In this document: positions 11,557 to 19,253 of the stretch, in pieces | Position numbering within the stretch: the stretch's first letter is position 1 | How the letters are laid out: the number at the start of each line of letters is the position of its first letter | Assembly: GCA_943355005.1 (NCBI GenBank) | Contig: CALRDV010000002.1 | Location: forward strand, 64,397 to 128,396 | Reading direction: 5' to 3' | Source of the DNA: Patescibacteria group bacterium | GTDB taxonomy: Bacteria; Patescibacteriota; Microgenomatia; UBA1400; MFAQ01 | DNA length: 64,000 nucleotides | Position numbers and translations under genes: made by a program | The notes under the pieces: generated by a model | Databases searched by the model: none | What the model saw: only the letters and a program-made list of their open reading frames with translations | What the model was told of the DNA's origin: nothing

Positions 11557-11892
11557 TTATCTTATCATCTGTCCCGCCTTGAGTTCATCAGGAAGAAATA
11601 TCAAAACCGGTTTTTCTTCCGTATCCACCATAATTAGCATACCTTGAGACTCTTCTTCTCCCATCTTTTTAGGTTCCATATTTACGATAAACTGCATATT
11701 CATTCCGACAACATCCTCCGGTATGTACCACTTTCTAATTCCGGAAAACAAAATCCTATTTCCTATCTCCTCCCCCAAATCTACTTCCATTCGTAACAGT
11801 TTAGAACTCCATTCGGGGGCTGTTGCGGATATTACACGACCCACTCTTATATCCAGTTTCTCAAAATCACTATATTGAATATTATTTTTCAT
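11557..11892 (-). CDS. tRNA-binding domain protein (CsaA/EMAP-II-like OB fold)
   Basis: DIRVGRV...EVDLGEE...SGI pattern of the Myf/CsaA tRNA-binding domain. Confidence 0.65.
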   Translation of the reverse strand: MKNNIQYSDFEKLDIRVGRVISATAPEWSSKLLRMEVDLGEEIGNRILFSGIRKWYIPEDVVGMNMQFIVNMEPKKMGEEESQGMLIMVDTEEKPVLIFLPDELKAGQMIR

Positions 11893-12890
11893 TAGAATTT
11901 ATAGTCTATCCCCATAGCGTGCTTCACCTTTCGAAGCACCTCATCCGAAACCGCTCTACCTTTTTCAATTCCATTTTTAAGTATTAGATTAATTTTTTCC
12001 GGATTTTTCTCTAGTTCGGCCCTTCGTTGCCTCATGGGCTCTAACATATTATTTATTGCGATAGCTAGTTTTTGTTTTACCTCTACGTCTCCCACTTTTC
12101 CTTTCCTATATCTTGCTTTCAAATCTTCCACCTCAGACTTATCCGGATTGAAAGCTTCATGGTAAACAAAAACCGGATTTCCCTCTATATGTCCCGGATC
12201 CGTAGGTTTAAGTCTTGTTGGATCTGTATACATAGACATCACCTTCTTGTTCACTTCCTCCACCGAATCCGACAGATAGATACCATTATTCAAACTCTTG
12301 CTCATTTTAGCTTTCCCATCCAGTCCAATTAGTCTTGGGAACTCGCTAATTTTTGCTTCTGGCTCAATTAACGTGTCTCCATACAAATTATTGAACTTAC
12401 GGACAATTTCTCTCGTCTGTTCAATCATGGGAAGCTGATCATCTCCCACCGGAATCAAATTAGCTTCAAAAGCAGTGATATCCGCTGCCTGAGAAACCGG
12501 ATACATCGCAAATCCGGCCGGAATAGAATCACCAAACCCCTTTTCTTCAATCTCAGCCTTAACCGTGGGATTCCTCAACACCCTGTTCAAACTAACCAAA
12601 TTTAGATAAAACACCGTCAATTCGGCGATTGCGGGAATCTGCGATTGAAGAACGATTGTCGACTTTTCAGGATCTATGCCTGCCGCCACATATCCGAGCA
12701 CAAGCTCTTTCACCGAATTGGTCACTTTCTCGGTATTATCATAGTTATCCGTAAGAGCCTGAACGTCGGCAATCAATATGTACTGGTCATAATCCTCTTG
12801 AAGCTTTACACGGTTAGCCAAGGACCCCACATAGTGCCCCAGATGAAGCTTCCCACTTGGCCTATCTCCCGTCAAAATTCTCTTTTTCAT
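11892..12890 (-). CDS. trpS: Tryptophan--tRNA ligase
   Basis: HLGHY (HIGH) and KMSKS motifs; class I aaRS of TrpRS length. Confidence 0.9.
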   Translation of the reverse strand: MKKRILTGDRPSGKLHLGHYVGSLANRVKLQEDYDQYILIADVQALTDNYDNTEKVTNSVKELVLGYVAAGIDPEKSTIVLQSQIPAIAELTVFYLNLVSLNRVLRNPTVKAEIEEKGFGDSIPAGFAMYPVSQAADITAFEANLIPVGDDQLPMIEQTREIVRKFNNLYGDTLIEPEAKISEFPRLIGLDGKAKMSKSLNNGIYLSDSVEEVNKKVMSMYTDPTRLKPTDPGHIEGNPVFVYHEAFNPDKSEVEDLKARYRKGKVGDVEVKQKLAIAINNMLEPMRQRRAELEKNPEKINLILKNGIEKGRAVSDEVLRKVKHAMGIDYKF

Positions 12891-12892
12891 AG

Positions 12893-12966
12893 TAGCTGGG
12901 GCGAGATTCGAACTCGCGGTCTTCGGTTTATGAATCCGATGCTTTAACCAACTAAGCTACCCAGCC
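12893..12966 (-). tRNA. tRNA-Met (anticodon CAU), elongator-like; no encoded CCA
   Basis: Minus-strand cloverleaf GGCTGGGTAGCTTAGTTGGTTAAAGCATCGGATTCATAAACCGAAGACCGCGAGTTCGAATCTCGCCCCAGCTA. T-loop GTTCGAATC, D-loop with GG, anticodon loop TTCATAA. Resembles elongator tRNA-Met; lysidine-type Ile cannot be excluded. Confidence 0.8.
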
Positions 12967-12980
12967 AGACTAGGGATATT

Positions 12981-13712
12981 TTACCACGCCTTAGGCTCAA
13001 AACCACTTAACCCACCAATCAGACCAGATACTAAATAGCTTATGTTTGTACTTCTTTTCACACGTAGACTCAACGTTCCATAATGCTCATTTGGATTTTG
13101 GTACACTTTTAGAGACTGAACCTTTTTTAGACTAGGTTTCCTAAATCCTTGTCTGTTTATTCCGGTAACTTCTGACCAGTATTTTTCTATCTCCTCAATC
13201 CTACCTTCATGAATGAAATTTATTCCAACATAACAATATATGTCCTCAAGAGATATTTTTAAACATTCTGTGAACCACCTCATACACATCTTAATCATAG
13301 CTGGGTCAGAATTAGTAAACTTAATTCTTCTGCCCTTTTTATCTCCCTCAGCCCAATATAGGGCGATACCTGCAACTAGTAGATCCCTAGAACTTATGTT
13401 TCCGACCATTTTTTGACCTAGATCCATATTTACTCTTATTCGGTTCAATCTTTCGTTTTTATTAACAACTGCAGCTCGTGCTCGGCCCACCGCTCCGGCT
13501 TTTTTGTCACTTTCAAGTAGTTTATTTCTTTGGCTATCGCTCAGCTCGATATCTTCACACCACAAACCTACGGTACTTTTTGAAACACCAACTTTCATTG
13601 CAATTCTAGCCAGGCTTTCGCCATTTTTTCTAAACTTCCTAGCCTCGATTCTTTCTTCAGATTTTGCCATAAAACCATTTACCCATAAATTACCCGAATT
13701 GTCAAATCTCAT
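12981..13712 (-). CDS. HTH plus LAGLIDADG-like homing-endonuclease-family protein
   Basis: N-terminal HTH (GESLARIAMKVGVSKSTVGLW), then LLVAGIALYWAEGDKKG resembling a LAGLIDADG dodecapeptide (acidic residue after AEG). Lies 14 nt from the tRNA-Met. Confidence 0.4.
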   Translation of the reverse strand: MRFDNSGNLWVNGFMAKSEERIEARKFRKNGESLARIAMKVGVSKSTVGLWCEDIELSDSQRNKLLESDKKAGAVGRARAAVVNKNERLNRIRVNMDLGQKMVGNISSRDLLVAGIALYWAEGDKKGRRIKFTNSDPAMIKMCMRWFTECLKISLEDIYCYVGINFIHEGRIEEIEKYWSEVTGINRQGFRKPSLKKVQSLKVYQNPNEHYGTLSLRVKRSTNISYLVSGLIGGLSGFEPKAW

Positions 13713-13832
13713 CGTGCGTGCTAAAATAAGAGTGTTCGTCTTTTGCGGGGGGAAGGTAAGTATCTTGCAGGGCTCATAATCCTGCTTAACTAGGGGGCGG
13801 AACCCTAGCCCCGCAACACTGTTGGTTCCAAG

Positions 13833-14219
13833 TTACTCCAAAAGGAGTTTCCACCACTTGATCCAATTTGCCTCAGGAATCAAAATTTCGGGTTTTTTAC
13901 TTAAACCATCTCTATAAAGATCTTTTTCAGGCATCACTACCAGTACCTCCCCTTCCTTTTGCATGTTCAGCTTTTCCCTTATTAGTTTCTCCTTATATTC
14001 TTCTGTTAGTACCATGCCCAGCTTAGATTTCAACGCTTGGTTCTTTGCCTCTTCGGCTTCTAATCTACGGTTTGCCTCAGTTATTCTGCCAAACCCAGTC
14101 CTTATCTGCCATACATCTCGTGCTAAGGAGATAATTAGTAGCCAACCAATAATCAGTATCAGAGCCATATATCGGCTATTATCACGCCCAGTATCCTTAT
14201 TTCGACTTACCACTTGCAT
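13833..14219 (-). CDS. ftsB: Septum formation initiator (FtsB/DivIC family)
   Basis: Single N-terminal TM followed by a coiled coil (RRLEAEEAKNQALKSKL) of typical size. Confidence 0.5.
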   Translation of the reverse strand: MQVVSRNKDTGRDNSRYMALILIIGWLLIISLARDVWQIRTGFGRITEANRRLEAEEAKNQALKSKLGMVLTEEYKEKLIREKLNMQKEGEVLVVMPEKDLYRDGLSKKPEILIPEANWIKWWKLLLE

Positions 14220-14272
14220 TTTAGTAACCTAGAGTGTTATAATTAGAGACATAATAGATTTATATACAAAAA

Positions 14273-15139
14273 ATGGAACAAAACATCAAACAGGCTGTCA
14301 ACGCTTTTAAAACCCACCTTGCCCAGCAAGGCAGAGCTTCTGCTACCATTTTAGCCTATTCAAAGGACATCGAACAGCTTGCCGATTTTGTTGCCAAATC
14401 CAACATTTCTAATCTAAACGAAGTCACCAAGGACAGTATTGATGCTTTTAAGGCCAATTTAGCCGAAAACAACTACACCACCAAGTCCATTTCCAGAAAA
14501 ATCAATTCCATCAAGTCCTTTTTCTCCTACGTTCAAATTAACGGACTTATTGGCGAAAACCCTTCAATTGGCGTGTCTCACCCCAAGTACGACATCAAAC
14601 CACCCCGCATTCTAAACAAGATTGAATACCGTGCTCTAAGAGATGCCTGCCGTGAAGATGTTAGAATGGCTGCCATCGTAGAAATACTTCTTCAAACAGG
14701 AATGCGTATCTCCGAACTTGCCAATTTAAAGATAACCGACATCGATAAAGCCACCAATCAAATCACAATCAGAGCTTATGAATCACACCCGGAAAGACAA
14801 ACTCCCATCAATCAACCGGCCAGAGAAGCTTTAGACAGATACCTTGCTGTTCGCCCCAAAAGCCCGAACAACAATGTCTTTATCACCAAGACAGGCAATG
14901 CTTTCCTAATCAGAAACATTCGTTCCAACTTGGACAGATATTTCCACATCGCCGGCATTGAAAACGCTAAGGTAAATGATTTGAGACACACTTTTATCGC
15001 CCAACAGCTTACTTCAGGCAGTCCACTGGTCTACATCAGCAAGCTAGTCGGCCACAAAAGACTTTCCACTACTGAGAAATACTTAGAATTCATTTCTGAG
15101 AAACCAGCCAAAGATAAACCAAAGATCATCGATCTCTAA
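14273..15139 (+). CDS. Tyrosine site-specific recombinase (XerC/XerD/integrase family)
   Basis: N-terminal SAM-like core-binding domain. Catalytic region has R...HxxR (LRHTFIAQQL) and the terminal Y (TTEKYLEF). Confidence 0.8.
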   Translation: MEQNIKQAVNAFKTHLAQQGRASATILAYSKDIEQLADFVAKSNISNLNEVTKDSIDAFKANLAENNYTTKSISRKINSIKSFFSYVQINGLIGENPSIGVSHPKYDIKPPRILNKIEYRALRDACREDVRMAAIVEILLQTGMRISELANLKITDIDKATNQITIRAYESHPERQTPINQPAREALDRYLAVRPKSPNNNVFITKTGNAFLIRNIRSNLDRYFHIAGIENAKVNDLRHTFIAQQLTSGSPLVYISKLVGHKRLSTTEKYLEFISEKPAKDKPKIIDL

Positions 15140-15504
15140 TCTTTCTTAGCTAACTTTCTAATCGTGTCCAGAGTGGTCTGGGACAAGAAACCTAGAACGT
15201 CCCCCATTTTTTCTATGGATCCAATGGCTAAAGCCAACCACCCCGATGATGTGCGCCTCGTGTCTTCAAGGATAATAAAAGCATTCTTCACTCCGGATAT
15301 TTCCAGCTGCTCTCCTGTAATCTCATCCTCAAGGAATATCGTAACAGGATTCCCTGTCTTTCCTAGGTCCAAGTTTCCGGCAATAAGCATTTCTTGAGGC
15401 CAATTATTTCCGACATAGTCATCCATATCATTTTTTGGCTGGGAAACCCTCAAAAGTCTGTCTTGCTTCAACTTTACCTTGATTATTTTTTTCTTTTCCT
15501 TCAT
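15136..15504 (-). CDS. Hypothetical protein
   Basis: ORF with good coding look that overlaps the recombinase stop; no motif recognised. Confidence 0.4.
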   Translation of the reverse strand: MKEKKKIIKVKLKQDRLLRVSQPKNDMDDYVGNNWPQEMLIAGNLDLGKTGNPVTIFLEDEITGEQLEISGVKNAFIILEDTRRTSSGWLALAIGSIEKMGDVLGFLSQTTLDTIRKLAKKD

Positions 15505-15508
15505 TAAG

Positions 15509-15582
15509 TGGGTCGAGTAGGATTCGAACCTACGACATCGAAGGTATAAGCTTCGCGCTCTAACCAGCTGAGCTATCGACCC
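15509..15582 (-). tRNA. tRNA-Ile (anticodon UAU); no encoded CCA
   Basis: Minus-strand cloverleaf GGGTCGATAGCTCAGCTGGTTAGAGCGCGAAGCTTATACCTTCGATGTCGTAGGTTCGAATCCTACTCGACCCA. Anticodon stem CGAAG/CTTCG, loop CTTATAC. Confidence 0.8.
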
Positions 15583-15638
15583 AATATGCCATATTATACT
15601 TCAGACCTCGATATTGGAAGACCAAAACAAACAAACTC

Positions 15639-17960
15639 TTAAAGATTAGACCTTTTCTCAATTTCTTCAGATACTTCCGTTACATCCCGTCCAAACTTTA
15701 GTCTAGACAATTCTTTCACCATTCTGGAAATTTCCGGACTTCCCTGAGCTTTCTCTGCTTTTAAGTCGCGTCCAACGTTCATTGAAAAAGGAGGTACCGG
15801 TGTCCCGTTTACGATTGTTTTCACATAAATATTTTGTGCCGGGATATTGGACAAATCAGCTTCGTTAAAAACCCCCTCGAACTCTTTTGATAAGATTGCC
15901 GCATCCTGAACTCCCACCCGATAGGTCATTAGTGTTCCACAGTTGCCAAAGATAGCGTCTCTCACTTGCTCATCAATCTGGCTCACAAATTGGTTAGCCA
16001 AGATAAGGCCAATTCCATATTTACGCACCTCGGAAAGCATCTGGGCAAAATCGGGTGTCGCAAAGTTCTGAAACTCATCAACATACAAATAGAAAGGCCT
16101 TCTTTGCTCCTTAGGTACTTCCTGACGGGAAAGCGCGGCAGCTAAAATCTTAGGTACCAAAACATTCCCCAAGAAGTTCGAGTCTTCTTCTCCGAGTAGT
16201 CCTTTGGCCAATTTTAGAAACACTATTTTACCCTCATCCATCGCCGTTCTAAAATTCAACGCACTGTGAGACTGACCTATGATATTTCGAATCATTTCGT
16301 TCGTCACAAATCGCCCAAATTTTGAAGCAATGTAATCTAATGTTTCAGATTTGTGGAAGTCACTTGTTTGAGCAATTTGATCGGTCCAGTACCTTTTTAC
16401 AATTGGATCCTTCACCAAAGGCAATATCTCTTGAACGTATTTCTGATCTGTCAGAGCTCTGTTAACCTCCACAAAAGTTGCTCCCGGCACCATTGCCACT
16501 GTCAGCATAGCGTTTCGGATAGCATGCTCAAATCTTGGACCCACCATACCGGTACGGTGTGGATCATAGAGCTTATACATTAGATTGATAATAGAGGAAG
16601 CCACAATATGCATCTCATCATAGTTCGCCACCTCAAGTAGATTTAGACCCACCGGTCTACTTTTATCTGACGGATCGAAGAGAATCACGTCTTCAGCTCT
16701 CTCTGGTGGCACCAGTTCAAGCAACTCCTCAATACCATCACCATGTGGCTCCATAAAGCAGAGACCTTTCCCTGACCTCATATCTTGAAGAATCATAGAT
16801 TTTAGAAGTTCTGTTTTCCCTGTACCTGTTCTACCGATTATGTACAAATGTTTCATTCTGTCCGTCTCCCCCATAAAGATATTTCTTTCTTGTCCTCTAT
16901 AGACAGACCTACCAAGCCACAAACCGGAATCCGGGAACTCACCTGAAGCTGGAGCTGTCTTTGCCGTCAGCCAATATATATGTGGGGTTTCAATTGTCTT
17001 ATTTGGTAAGTGCCAAACCGTAGCCAATTCATCTACCGACAAGATTGAATTCAATCCCCATAGATTCTGATATCTATATATAAAGTCGAGCATGAAGGAT
17101 TGTTTAAACCTTATCTTGCTACCCGAAAAAGAATTCTGGTTGCTGGCAAATTGTGAGAAAGTTCCTTTTAGGTTGCTTAAATTTGCTTTCGCCTGTTCCA
17201 AAGCAGGAGCCACACTTATTATCCTAATACTGGTAAGGTATCCCACTTTCGAACACTTATTTGTAATTGCTTCCATATCTTGCGGGTTCATCTTGAACTT
17301 TGCTTTCTCAGGATCCGCTTCATCTTTCTTTAATTTTGAAATATATCCCAAACCGGACTTGCTCCACTCAGACTCGGCAGGAGAGATGATTATTTGAATC
17401 GCAGCAGCTTCATTATCATTAAACTTAGCCATGGCAGATGTGATAGAAGATAATGAATCTACCGGCAACTCTTTAAATCCCTTAATTGGCTTGAAACTCT
17501 CTCCTTTTAAAGTAAGCTCAGCGAAATCTATCTTGGCATCCTTATAAAAGATATTGTATTCATCCACCTGCTTCACATGTGTCCCCGGGTATGTTCCTGA
17601 TATCATCTTTTCCACCAGCTCGGCATTTTTCTTATGGCAGGAAACGTAAAATCTTATATCTTCCTTTTTTCCTACAATTTCTAAAGATAAGTGTTGTTGA
17701 GATTCAAACTTTTGCCAAAAACCACCTTTCTTCATAGAGAATAAAGCAGCAAACATCTGTTCCACTGCATCTATTTTTACTTCATTGTCTCTAGGCACCG
17801 CAATTTCCATCAATACGAAATTTAAGCTCACATCTTCCCTGTTTCTGTTCTTTACCCAAATCACAAACAGCATCCAAAACATTATTATTGTGGCAGTCAA
17901 GAAGGCTATGCCCAGAAAAACTACAAATATGTATTGAATCCAAAAATTTAGATCTATCAT
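15639..17960 (-). CDS. VirD4/TraD/TrwB-like coupling-protein ATPase (FtsK-HerA superfamily) with N-terminal TM anchor
   Basis: N-terminal TM helices, Walker A GRTGTGKT, Walker B LYVDEFQNF, about 770 aa. Confidence 0.5.
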   Translation of the reverse strand: MIDLNFWIQYIFVVFLGIAFLTATIIMFWMLFVIWVKNRNREDVSLNFVLMEIAVPRDNEVKIDAVEQMFAALFSMKKGGFWQKFESQQHLSLEIVGKKEDIRFYVSCHKKNAELVEKMISGTYPGTHVKQVDEYNIFYKDAKIDFAELTLKGESFKPIKGFKELPVDSLSSITSAMAKFNDNEAAAIQIIISPAESEWSKSGLGYISKLKKDEADPEKAKFKMNPQDMEAITNKCSKVGYLTSIRIISVAPALEQAKANLSNLKGTFSQFASNQNSFSGSKIRFKQSFMLDFIYRYQNLWGLNSILSVDELATVWHLPNKTIETPHIYWLTAKTAPASGEFPDSGLWLGRSVYRGQERNIFMGETDRMKHLYIIGRTGTGKTELLKSMILQDMRSGKGLCFMEPHGDGIEELLELVPPERAEDVILFDPSDKSRPVGLNLLEVANYDEMHIVASSIINLMYKLYDPHRTGMVGPRFEHAIRNAMLTVAMVPGATFVEVNRALTDQKYVQEILPLVKDPIVKRYWTDQIAQTSDFHKSETLDYIASKFGRFVTNEMIRNIIGQSHSALNFRTAMDEGKIVFLKLAKGLLGEEDSNFLGNVLVPKILAAALSRQEVPKEQRRPFYLYVDEFQNFATPDFAQMLSEVRKYGIGLILANQFVSQIDEQVRDAIFGNCGTLMTYRVGVQDAAILSKEFEGVFNEADLSNIPAQNIYVKTIVNGTPVPPFSMNVGRDLKAEKAQGSPEISRMVKELSRLKFGRDVTEVSEEIEKRSNL

Positions 17961-18322
17961 TGATTTGAGTTTTTAGACATATAAAAAACTCTGCCTGGGT
18001 ATTTTTTTATCATCATGACGCACCACTCGGAAAGCCATCGAACACCTTCAATCACGTCACTCTTAAGCCCTGATTCAACTCCAACCTGATCCAGGGGCAA
18101 AGTAATTTTTTGTTTTGTATTTATTGGAGCCACACCAGGCATATTTTTTATGCTGGGACCTAACAAGGTCGACGTGTTTACCTGAGCCTGTTGAGGTTTT
18201 ACTATTTGAGGCTGTTGAGTCTCAACTTGACGTTCGACTCTGTCGATATAACCCTGGATTTCTCTCAAGGCTAATTCGTCCGATGTTAGCTGGCGTTCTA
18301 TTTCCTTACCCAAAGCAGGCAT
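17957..18322 (-). CDS. Hypothetical protein (translationally coupled upstream of the VirD4-like ATPase)
   Basis: 4-nt overlap with the downstream gene; no motif recognised. Confidence 0.35.
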   Translation of the reverse strand: MPALGKEIERQLTSDELALREIQGYIDRVERQVETQQPQIVKPQQAQVNTSTLLGPSIKNMPGVAPINTKQKITLPLDQVGVESGLKSDVIEGVRWLSEWCVMMIKKYPGRVFYMSKNSNQ

Positions 18323-18358
18323 ATCTAACTATACCAATTTTTGCGGTCAAATTCCTAG

Positions 18359-18931
18359 TTAATAATCAAGTCCTTTCACTGCCAGGATACCTTTATCGTA
18401 AGGATGTTTGATTTTTTTCATCATAGTAACCAAGTCTGCCTGCTCAATCATTGCCTTTGATGCCGCATGTCCCGTTAGCACCAAATGTGTTTTCCTCCTT
18501 TTTTCCACTATACGCAAAACTTCTACCTCCGAAAGCAAGCCATCGCTAATTGCCCTAATTACTTCGTCCATTACTATTAATTCAGGAGGGTTTTCACCAC
18601 CCAATCGATCTTCTACATAACTAAGCGCTTTTTCAGCCGCTACCTTGTGAACTTCTTGAGACGTTAGATCGTAAACAGTAGCCCTACCGGTTCTGGCAGT
18701 TTTTTCGCCCGACTTAAGAAAAAAGCCTTCCCCTGCAAAAAACATTTCCAAATTGCTTACAAAAAACTTCGTCAAACTTGCTTCTGATATTTGCCAAGAA
18801 AGCGACTTAAACCAAGAAATCCAGACCACCTTTTTATCGTTTAAGAGCATTCTCAAAGCAACACCCAAGGCCGCCGAAGTTTTACCCTTTCCGTCTCCCT
18901 CAAAAATGTATATTAATCCTTTTTTAGTCAT
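18359..18931 (-). CDS. cobO: Cob(I)yrinic acid a,c-diamide (corrinoid) adenosyltransferase CobO/BtuR family
   Basis: N-terminal P-loop IYIFEGDGKGKTSAALGVALR...VVWISWFK characteristic of CobA/CobO. Confidence 0.6.
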   Translation of the reverse strand: MTKKGLIYIFEGDGKGKTSAALGVALRMLLNDKKVVWISWFKSLSWQISEASLTKFFVSNLEMFFAGEGFFLKSGEKTARTGRATVYDLTSQEVHKVAAEKALSYVEDRLGGENPPELIVMDEVIRAISDGLLSEVEVLRIVEKRRKTHLVLTGHAASKAMIEQADLVTMMKKIKHPYDKGILAVKGLDY

Positions 18932-19190
18932 TAGTTATAACTGTATCAAACATTATTACTTAAAATTACAGTGTGAAAATTTGGATATAGGAAAACTATA
19001 GAGTTATTTAACTGTCTGACCTCATTGCCGGAAGAAGACTCTAATAGGAAGATTGAAAAGGCAAAAAGGAGCGATGTCAGGCTAAAAAATAACGACAACA
19101 TCCACTTAGCAATGTCAACAAAAGACTGATAGTAATCAAAATTACCTACTATCATTTAATATCATTTCTATGCGCTTGTCAAATGAACAG

Positions 19191-19250
19191 AAAAACCGTC
19201 TCAAAAGATATCACAGTTGTGCTTATGATATCAGATTTAGACGGTTTTTT
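19191..19250 (-). terminator. Rho-independent terminator hairpin immediately after the nrdJ stop
   Basis: Long imperfect palindrome AAAAACCGTCT...AGACGGTTTTTT. A U-run follows the stem on the minus strand, and an A/T run flanks it on both sides. Confidence 0.6.
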
Positions 19251-19253
19251 CCT

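Noticed and set aside
12893-13832. Possibility that the LAGLIDADG-like ORF sits in a group I intron splitting a tRNA, with a tRNA-like sequence GCGGGGCTAGGG...CCCCCCGCA at 13744-13814 as the 5' exon.
   Set aside because: The tRNA-Met at 12893-12966 is complete and contiguous. The upstream GC-rich segment lacks a T-arm (no GTTCRA) and a D-loop GG, so it folds only as two simple hairpins. There is no room for a group I core between the ORF stop and the tRNA. It is more likely a terminator or structured element after ftsB.
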